Of a stretch of 64,000 nucleotides of DNA, positions 57,206 to 64,000 are shown piece after piece. Location: contig NZ_JBHYDE010000007.1 of NCBI RefSeq assembly GCF_051861155.1, positions 152,596 to 216,595 of the forward strand, given 5' to 3'. The position numbers were made by a program, and so were the translations under genes. How positions within the stretch are numbered: the first letter of the stretch is position 1; each line of letters begins with the position of its first letter. A model generated the notes under the pieces. That model saw only the letters and a program-made list of their open reading frames with translations, was not told where the DNA came from and did no database searches. This DNA comes from Sphingopyxis sp. (lineage in GTDB: Bacteria; Pseudomonadota; Alphaproteobacteria; Sphingomonadales; Sphingomonadaceae).

Positions 57206-58816
57206 ATGCGCGTGCCAAGACCGCAGCCGCATTTGGAAGAAGTGCTCGCGTCCGAACCCGGATCGCATATCGCCGCTTTGTTCGATTTCGACGGCACGAT
57301 CATCTCGGGCTACTCCGCCACCGCAATGCTGCGTGAGAAATTCCAGCGCCGCGAAATGTCGATGGAGGAAATCGCCGAAACCGCGCAGGTCATCGCGCAG
57401 CACAGTCTGGGCACCATCGGCTTTTCGGGGCTGATGTCGGGCGCCGCCAAATTCATGAAGGGCGTCGACGAGGAAAGCTTCATCGAGTTCGGCGAAGAAC
57501 TCTACAAAAAGCATATCGCGCGCAAAATCTATCCCGAAACCCGCGCGATCATCGAAGCGCATCAGGCGAAGGGCCACCGCGTCGCGATCATCTCGTCGGC
57601 AACGATCTATCAGATCGAACCGACCGCGCGCGACCTCGGCATCACCGACATCAAATGCTCGGCCTATGAGATCGAGGATGGGGTGTTCACCGGCGAGATC
57701 ATCCGCCCGCTGTGCTTCGGCGAGGGCAAGGTGCTCGCCGCCGAGGAACTCGCCGCCGAATATGACCTCGATTTGGGTCAAAGCTTTTTCTATTCGGACA
57801 GCGACGACGACATCGAACTGCTCGAACGCGTCGGCAAGCCGCGCCCGCTCAACCCGAATTTGAAACTGAAAGCCATCGCTGAAGAAAATGGCTGGCCGGT
57901 CCAGCGTTTCGGCAGCCGCGGCACGCCGTCGTGGGTCGACTACACGCGCACCATCTACGCGACGGGCTCGCTCGTCGGCGCGTTCGCCGCGGGGCTGCCG
58001 ATCTGGGCGCTGACGCGTTCGCAGCGTGAGGCCGCCAATTTCTCGATCGGGCTGTTCGGCGATTTCGCGACCGCGATCACCGGGGTCGAATTGGAGGTCG
58101 AGGACGAGAAGAATCTCTGGTCCTCGCGCCCCTGCGTCTTCATCTTCAACCATCAGAGCAAGGCGGACGTGATGATCCTCGCCAAGCTCATCCGCCGCGA
58201 CATGGGCGGGGTGGGCAAAAAAGAGATCAAGGACATCCCCATCCTCGGCAAGCTGATGGAATGGGGCGGGACCGTCTTCGTCGACCGCGCCGACGGCAAG
58301 AGCGCGATCAAGGCGATGGAGCCGCTGGTCGATGCCATCAAGGTCGAGGGCAAGTCGATCTGCATCTCGCCCGAGGGCACGCGCAGCCTGACGCCCAAGC
58401 TGGAGCCGTTCAAGAAGGGCGCCTTCCACCTCGCGATGCAGGCCGGGGTGCCGATCGTCCCGATCGTGATTCACAATGCGACCGACGTCGCGCCGAAGAA
58501 TGAATTCGTGATGCGCCCGGCGACGGTTCGGGTGACCGTGCTGCCGCCGGTCGACACGTCGGGGTGGACGCCGAAGACAATCAACAATCATGTCCGCGAC
58601 GTCCGCAACATGTTCCTGCAGACGCTGGGGCAGCCGGAGGAAAGCGCGGCAGAATCGGTGGCCAAGGAACCGGCGCCCGAACAAGCGGCGCCCGTGAAGG
58701 CTGAAAAGGCCAAACCGAAAAAGGCGGCGGTGAAGAAACCGGCGGCCAAGAAAAAGGCGCCGACGACAAAAGCGGCTACCAAGAAACCTTCCCCGCGAAA
58801 GGGAAGGGCCACCTAA
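57206..58816 (+). CDS. HAD-IB phosphatase / 1-acyl-glycerol-3-phosphate acyltransferase (PlsC) fusion
   Basis: N-terminal FDFDGT (HAD motif I), ISSAT, CFGEGK and YSDSDDD; C-terminal NHQSKAD (HxxxxD) and PEGTRS; Lys-rich tail. Confidence 0.9.
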   Translation: MRVPRPQPHLEEVLASEPGSHIAALFDFDGTIISGYSATAMLREKFQRREMSMEEIAETAQVIAQHSLGTIGFSGLMSGAAKFMKGVDEESFIEFGEELYKKHIARKIYPETRAIIEAHQAKGHRVAIISSATIYQIEPTARDLGITDIKCSAYEIEDGVFTGEIIRPLCFGEGKVLAAEELAAEYDLDLGQSFFYSDSDDDIELLERVGKPRPLNPNLKLKAIAEENGWPVQRFGSRGTPSWVDYTRTIYATGSLVGAFAAGLPIWALTRSQREAANFSIGLFGDFATAITGVELEVEDEKNLWSSRPCVFIFNHQSKADVMILAKLIRRDMGGVGKKEIKDIPILGKLMEWGGTVFVDRADGKSAIKAMEPLVDAIKVEGKSICISPEGTRSLTPKLEPFKKGAFHLAMQAGVPIVPIVIHNATDVAPKNEFVMRPATVRVTVLPPVDTSGWTPKTINNHVRDVRNMFLQTLGQPEESAAESVAKEPAPEQAAPVKAEKAKPKKAAVKKPAAKKKAPTTKAATKKPSPRKGRAT

Positions 58817-58832
58817 GCCATGACATTTTCCC

Positions 58833-58922
58833 CCGCTCGCCCTGAGCTTGTCGAAGGGCCGTTCTTCCTTTCAGACGGTGCAAAGGAAAAGAACGGCCCT
58901 TCGACAAGCTCAGGGCGAGCGG
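58833..58922. repeat. Palindromic repeat, family 2, copy 2
   Basis: 34-bp perfect inverted repeat at 58833-58866 and 58889-58922. Confidence 0.9.
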
Positions 58923-58979
58923 ACATGGGGGCTCGTGAAGGTCGTCATGGATGCGCCCCATTGACGGAGTGGGCGTAGA

Positions 58980-61319
58980 ATGGCCGACGGATCGCCCCGT
59001 ACCCCCATCGCGACGGAGGACGCGGCTGACCGGCTCTATATCATCGACGCGCGCAACGGGGTGGAGCGTCAGCTGCTGCTCGACTGGGTCCATGCCACGG
59101 CTGGTGACGATGACCCCCAATGGGCCAGCCTCGCGATCGAGGACGATGATCATGCGCTGCCGCTCGACATGCTGCGCGCGCGGCTGGGTGGGCTGCCGTC
59201 GCGGCAGGTGGTGCCGCTGCGCGTCGCGTGGCGCATTCCGGGGTTCGAGCGCGATCGCGCGCTCAAATTCCGCCACATCCTGTTCGGCGACCCGCGCCAT
59301 CCCGGCTCGCTGCGCGCGCGGCTGATCCTGCTGCGCGATCGGCGCCGGGCGCAGATATTGGTCGGCGAGGCAGCAACGCTCGACGCATTGCGCGACCGTT
59401 TCGCGGCCCAGACCGGCGGCGGCGACGCGGTTGGCGCCGACAGCGCCGAGTTTGCGGGTTTTGTCGCGCGGCAGGCGGGGCTGGCGCTCGACGTCGCCGA
59501 ACGCGGCATCCGCGGCACCCGCTACAAGGTGCCGCGCTTCGTCGCCGATGGCCTGCGCACCAGCCCCAAATTCCGCGCCGCACTCGCCGAATTGTCCGAG
59601 GCGACGGGCCGCCCGGTCGCCGACCTTTTCCGCGAAGCACGGCCGTTGATGAAAGAGGTCATCGCGCGGCCCAGCGCGCTGTTCCTCGACCTGCGCGCCC
59701 GGCTCGACCGCATGATGTTCGGTGGCTATGCGCCCGAGATGGAGGTCGACGCCGCCGAGCTGGCAAGGCTGCGCGCGATCCTGCGCGAGCATCCGACCGC
59801 GATCCTGTTCACCCACAAGACCTATATCGACGGCGCGACGCCCAGCCGCCTGACCTATGAGAATGACATGCCGATGCTGCACAGCTTCGGCGGCGCCAAT
59901 CTTGACTTCGCGATCATGGGCGAATTTTTCCGCCGCTCGGGCATGATCTTCATCCGCCGCAGCTTTCAGGACCAGCCGGTCTACAAGCTCGTGCTGCGCC
60001 ATTATATCGCCTGGCTGCTCGCCAAGCGTTTCCCTTTGAGCTGGGCGTTCGAGGGCACCCGGTCGCGGCTCGGCAAGCTGATGCCGCCCAAATATGGGCT
60101 GATGAAATATGTCCTCGACGCGGCGCATGCGACGGGGACGCGCGGGGTGCATTTCGTCCCCTTCGTGACCAGTTTCGACCTGATCCGCGATGTCGAGGAA
60201 TATGCCGCCGAACAGACCGGGCGCAACAAAAAGCCCGAGAGCCTGTCATGGTTCCTCGGCTATATGAAAAGCCTGAAGGAACCCTCGGGCCGCATCCGGC
60301 TCGACATCGGCAATCCCGTCGTGATCGACGAGGCGCCGGGCCCCGACGACAAGCGCGCGCTCGAGCGGATCGCCTTTGCGGTTGCGGTCGAGGCGAACCG
60401 CGTCACCCCGCTCACCGTCACCTCGGTGATGTGCCTGACCCTGCTCGGCATGGCGCCGCGCGGGGCGACCGCCGCCGAACTGCTCGGTGCGATCGGCGCG
60501 GTGAGCGACTGGGCGCGGGCGCGCGATATCCGGCTCAGCAGCGAACTCGCCAGCGGCGATCGCGCCGCACTTGCGGTGACGGTCGATACGCTGGTCGAAA
60601 GCGGGCTGCTGACGCGCTATGAAGCGGGCAGTGAGCGCGTCTATTCGATCGACCCCGCCAAGCATCCGATGGCGAGCTATTATCGCAACATCATCGCGCA
60701 TCATTTCCTCGACCGTGCGATGATCGAACTGGCGCTGTTCGAACTCCGCGATGCCGACAGCGGCGACGCGACCGCCGCCTTCTGGGCAAAGATCGATCGC
60801 CTGCGCGATCTGTTCAAATTCGAATTTTTCTATCCGCCGCGCGACGAGCATCGCGCCGCGATCGAGGCCGAACTCGCACGCATCGATCCGGTGTGGGACC
60901 GCCGCCTCGCCAGCGGCGACCGCGGCATCGCGCAGTTGCTGCGCCGCTGCCAGCCGGTCGTCGGGCACGCCATCTTGCTGCCGTTCACCGAGGCGTATTC
61001 GGTCGTCGCTGATCTGCTTGCGCGCGCCAAGCCGGGCGACGTTGTCGATGAAAAGGCGCTGGAGAATGCGGCGCTTACCGAGGGCAAACAGGCCTATCTG
61101 CTCCGCCGGATCAGCAGCGAGGCGGCGATCGGCAAGCTGTTGTTCGCCAACGGGCTGTCGCTGATGCGCCATATGGGGCTCGCCGAGGAAGCGACGCCAG
61201 CGAACCTCGCCGCGCGCCGTGCACTGCTGATGGAACTGCGCGGCCTCGCCAACGTCATGGAAACGATGCGGCTTTCGACGGTGGCACTGGCCGACCGGTT
61301 GCCGGGGTCGGGAGAGTGA
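58980..61319 (+). CDS. PlsB-type glycerol-3-phosphate acyltransferase (actinobacterial PlsB2-like architecture)
   Basis: HKTYID (HxxxxD), SFGGANL, IFIRRSF and FEGTRSRLGKL; 779 aa with an extra N-terminal domain. Confidence 0.88.
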   Translation: MADGSPRTPIATEDAADRLYIIDARNGVERQLLLDWVHATAGDDDPQWASLAIEDDDHALPLDMLRARLGGLPSRQVVPLRVAWRIPGFERDRALKFRHILFGDPRHPGSLRARLILLRDRRRAQILVGEAATLDALRDRFAAQTGGGDAVGADSAEFAGFVARQAGLALDVAERGIRGTRYKVPRFVADGLRTSPKFRAALAELSEATGRPVADLFREARPLMKEVIARPSALFLDLRARLDRMMFGGYAPEMEVDAAELARLRAILREHPTAILFTHKTYIDGATPSRLTYENDMPMLHSFGGANLDFAIMGEFFRRSGMIFIRRSFQDQPVYKLVLRHYIAWLLAKRFPLSWAFEGTRSRLGKLMPPKYGLMKYVLDAAHATGTRGVHFVPFVTSFDLIRDVEEYAAEQTGRNKKPESLSWFLGYMKSLKEPSGRIRLDIGNPVVIDEAPGPDDKRALERIAFAVAVEANRVTPLTVTSVMCLTLLGMAPRGATAAELLGAIGAVSDWARARDIRLSSELASGDRAALAVTVDTLVESGLLTRYEAGSERVYSIDPAKHPMASYYRNIIAHHFLDRAMIELALFELRDADSGDATAAFWAKIDRLRDLFKFEFFYPPRDEHRAAIEAELARIDPVWDRRLASGDRGIAQLLRRCQPVVGHAILLPFTEAYSVVADLLARAKPGDVVDEKALENAALTEGKQAYLLRRISSEAAIGKLLFANGLSLMRHMGLAEEATPANLAARRALLMELRGLANVMETMRLSTVALADRLPGSGE

Positions 61320-61338
61320 CTTTGGCATTTTTCAACTT

Positions 61339-61424
61339 CGTCATTGCGAGCGAAGCGAAGCAATCCAGAGCGAGTTTACGCCCACTCTGGATTGCCGCGT
61401 CGCCTTCGGCTCCTCGCAATGACG
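61339..61424. repeat. CGTC-tagged palindromic repeat, family 4
   Basis: CGTCATTGCGAGCGAAGCGAAGCAATCCAGAG ... CTCTGGATTGCCGCGTCGCCTTCGGCTCCTCGCAATGACG. Confidence 0.88.
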
Positions 61425-61442
61425 GCCGATTAGGAGGATAGG

Positions 61443-62996
61443 ATGCTCAAACAGCTCAGCGCGCAGGACGCCCAGTTCCTCTATACGCAGACCGCGAACA
61501 ATCTGACGCATATCATGGGTGTCTATATCTATGACCCCTCGACCGCGCCCGGCGGCTTCGTGCGGTTCAAGGATATCATCCGCCACGTCGAAAGCCGCGT
61601 CGACACATCGCCGCTTTTCAAGCGCCGCCTCCACCGCCTGCCGTTCGACATGGACCATCCCTATTGGGTGGAGGACGAGCATTTCGACATCGAGGCGCAT
61701 ATGAGCCACGCGCGGCTGCCCGAACCCGGCGACTGGCGGCAATTCTGCATCGCGGTGGCGCGCTATTTCTCGAAGCCGATGGATATGAACCGTCCGCTGT
61801 GGGACATTTATATCATCGAGGGGCTCGACCGGATTCCGGGCATCCCCAAGGGCAGCTTTGCGATGCTGCACCGCGTCCACCACGCAGCGGTCGACGGCGC
61901 GTCGGGCGCGCATGCCTTTATCGCGATGAGCGATATCGACGCGCAGGGCACCCCGGCGATCGCCGAACCGCCGCCGATCGAAGCGCTGGGTCAGGCACCC
62001 ACGAGCAGCGAAACCCTTTCGCGCGCCTGGTCGGCGTCGATGCAGTCGCCGGTCAAGTTCATGAACGCGCTGATGAAGATGTCGCCCGCGATCATCTCGT
62101 CGGCGCGCAAGGCGATCGAGGGCGGGATGACCGCTGGGGTCCCCGAAACGCGCTTCAACGTCCCCGTCGGCCCGCACAAGATGTTCGACGGCACGTCGGT
62201 CGCGCTCGCCGACGTGGCGGCGGTGCGCAAGAAGGTTCCAGGCGCGACGGTCAACGACGTCGTGCTGACCACGGTTGGCGGCGCGCTGCGCAAATATCTC
62301 GCGAAGCACAAGGAATTGCCGAAGGACAGCCTGGTCGCGGTCGCGCCGGTCAATTTGCGCGGCAAAGGGGGCAAGGCGAGCACGCCGGGTAACCAGGTGT
62401 CGGCGATGAGCGTGCCGATCCGCACCGACATCGCCGACCCGCTCGCGCGGCTTGCGGCGGTTCGCGATTATACGGTCGAGGCCAAGGAAGCGAAGGCGGG
62501 GGTCAGCGCGCGGATCATGACCGACCTGTCGCAGCATATTCCGGGCGCGACGATGGCGGCGGTCGCGCGGCTCGTGACCAGCGAGCGCTTTGCGGTGCGC
62601 GGCACCAACCTGTTCATCTCGAACGTGCCGGGCGCGCAGGTGCCGCTCTATCTGGCGGGCGCGCAGCTCGTCACGCAACATGGGATGGCGCCGCTCGCGA
62701 ACAATATGGGGCTGTTCGTTGCGACCCCCAGCTATAATGGCCGGATCGCCTTTTCGCTGATCTCCGAACGCGCGGTGATGCCCGACATCGCCTTTTTCCG
62801 GACCTGTATCGAGGAAAGTTTCGCTGAACTGATGACGGCGGTGCCCAAGCCCGAGAAAGCCAAAGCCGCTACGGCAACGCCGAAAACGGCAGCAAAGCCG
62901 AAGCCGAAACCGAAGGCCGTCCCAAAACCTGCCGCCAAGCCCAAGGTGAAACCGGTTGCCAAAAACAACGCAACCGGCAAGACTCGCAAAAAATAA
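61443..62996 (+). CDS. Wax ester synthase / diacylglycerol acyltransferase (WS/DGAT)
   Basis: LSAQDAQFLY, PLWDIYIIEGL, catalytic HHAAVDG, TVNDVVL, GNQVS and SNVPG; Lys/Pro/Ala tail. Confidence 0.95.
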   Translation: MLKQLSAQDAQFLYTQTANNLTHIMGVYIYDPSTAPGGFVRFKDIIRHVESRVDTSPLFKRRLHRLPFDMDHPYWVEDEHFDIEAHMSHARLPEPGDWRQFCIAVARYFSKPMDMNRPLWDIYIIEGLDRIPGIPKGSFAMLHRVHHAAVDGASGAHAFIAMSDIDAQGTPAIAEPPPIEALGQAPTSSETLSRAWSASMQSPVKFMNALMKMSPAIISSARKAIEGGMTAGVPETRFNVPVGPHKMFDGTSVALADVAAVRKKVPGATVNDVVLTTVGGALRKYLAKHKELPKDSLVAVAPVNLRGKGGKASTPGNQVSAMSVPIRTDIADPLARLAAVRDYTVEAKEAKAGVSARIMTDLSQHIPGATMAAVARLVTSERFAVRGTNLFISNVPGAQVPLYLAGAQLVTQHGMAPLANNMGLFVATPSYNGRIAFSLISERAVMPDIAFFRTCIEESFAELMTAVPKPEKAKAATATPKTAAKPKPKPKAVPKPAAKPKVKPVAKNNATGKTRKK

Positions 62997-63019
62997 ACCA
63001 TGTCTTGCAGGAAGACTAA

Positions 63020-64000
63020 ATGCTTTTCACCCCGACGCTCAGCGCCGACCGCGATCTCGTGACCGCGACCGATTACATCGCCTGGGCCAAGGCGGCGCGC
63101 GAACATGACCGGAAATCGGGCCTCCAGGCGTGGCGCGACGCCGACGAAAGCAGGTATTTCGATTATAAGGCCATTCGGGCAAGGCTCGAAAAGCTGCGCA
63201 AGCTGTCGGCGGCGGGCGACGTCAAGGGGCTGCTGTTCGTTCTGAACGAAGGCATCCACGGCAATATCGACGGCATGGGGCACGAGCGGCTGTATCAAAA
63301 GGCGCGTTTCGGCACGAAAAAGCTGATCGAGGATTATGTCGCCGAGGTCGTCGCCTCGCTGGACAAGATCGCGGCGTCGCGCGGCATCGGCCGCGAGGAA
63401 AAGCGCGATTTCTTCCGCCGCGCCCAGCATTGCTACGGCCGGTCGGCGCTGCTGCTGTCGGGCTCGGGCAGCTTCCTCTTTTTCCATATCGGCGTCGTGA
63501 AGGCTTTGTGGGAAGAGGGCGTGTTGCCCGCGATCATGTCGGGTGCCAGCGGCGGGTCGATCGTCGCCGCCGTTGTTTGCACGCGCAAGAACAGCGATAT
63601 CGGTGCCTTTCTCGCAAGCGATCGTCTGGCAAACCCGGCGCGTGATCCCGAACAGAAAAGATTGGCGCCCGACGAGGTCCGCGACCGGCTGGCCGAGCTG
63701 ATCCCCGACTTGACGTTTCAGGAGGCCTATGAGGTCAGCGGCCGGCACCTCAACGTCTCGGTCGCGCCTGCCGAAAAGCATCAGAACGGGCGGCTGCTCA
63801 ATGCGATCACCGCGCCGAACGTGCTGATCCGCGAAGCGGTGCTGGCGTCGTGCGCGGTCCCCGGCGTGTTCCCGCCGGTGATGCTGATGGCGCGCAACGA
63901 CAAGGGCGACCGGGTGCCGTACCAGCCCGACCGCCGCTGGGTCGATGGATCGGTGACGCACGATATTCCGACCAAGCGCCTCGAACGGCTTTATGGGGTC
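63020..64000 (+). CDS. DUF3336 + patatin lipase (SDP1/Tgl-like), truncated at the window end
   Basis: Read by hand, not in the ORF track: MLFTPTLSADRDLVTATDYIAWAKAAREHD..., GRSALLLSGSGSFLFFHIGVVKAL, SGASGG (GxSxG), SCAVPGVF and WVDGSV. Confidence 0.88.
   Translation, partial: MLFTPTLSADRDLVTATDYIAWAKAAREHDRKSGLQAWRDADESRYFDYKAIRARLEKLRKLSAAGDVKGLLFVLNEGIHGNIDGMGHERLYQKARFGTKKLIEDYVAEVVASLDKIAASRGIGREEKRDFFRRAQHCYGRSALLLSGSGSFLFFHIGVVKALWEEGVLPAIMSGASGGSIVAAVVCTRKNSDIGAFLASDRLANPARDPEQKRLAPDEVRDRLAELIPDLTFQEAYEVSGRHLNVSVAPAEKHQNGRLLNAITAPNVLIREAVLASCAVPGVFPPVMLMARNDKGDRVPYQPDRRWVDGSVTHDIPTKRLERLYGV

Noticed and set aside
62732-63961. 409-aa minus-strand ORF at the window end
   Set aside because: Antisense to the patatin lipase and the WS/DGAT tail; the plus-strand frame carries the conserved motifs.

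Overview
High-GC alphaproteobacterial chromosome segment; gene content and intergenic repeat families point to Sphingomonadales, most likely Sphingopyxis (inference, no search run). 1-33.4 kb is mostly core genome: rpsM-rpsK-rpoA-rplQ, pmbA, the proA-nadD-rsfS-rlmH-envC-ctpA-dsbB-coq7 run, purC, purS/purQ, bfd/bfr and tRNA-Arg(UCU). Inserted among these are a ParE/RHH toxin-antitoxin pair inside the proA-nadD run, a bacterial lipoxygenase, a DUF4189-like protein and a frameshifted XRE regulator. About 33.5-49.5 kb, right after the tRNA, is an accessory block with no integrase: an exported amidohydrolase, a Tat-exported flavin amine oxidase with a TetR regulator, an exported DJ-1/PfpI protein with a two-component system, and an FdhF/YdeP molybdoenzyme with FdhD, MobA and a MOSC protein. 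49.5-64 kb holds glpD, an M20 hydrolase, zwf-edd-eda with REP dimers between the genes, and an apparently complete neutral-lipid cluster: HAD-phosphatase/PlsC fusion, PlsB-type GPAT, WS/DGAT and an SDP1/Tgl-like patatin lipase (truncated by the window edge). Two of these lipid enzymes end in histone-H1-like Lys/Ala/Pro tails; this cluster is my best candidate for an under-described system. Four families of palindromic intergenic repeats and several candidate operators (Fur-like, LiuR-like, CtrA-like, TetR, GbsR, OmpR-type, TA) are visible. All product calls come from motif recognition by eye.
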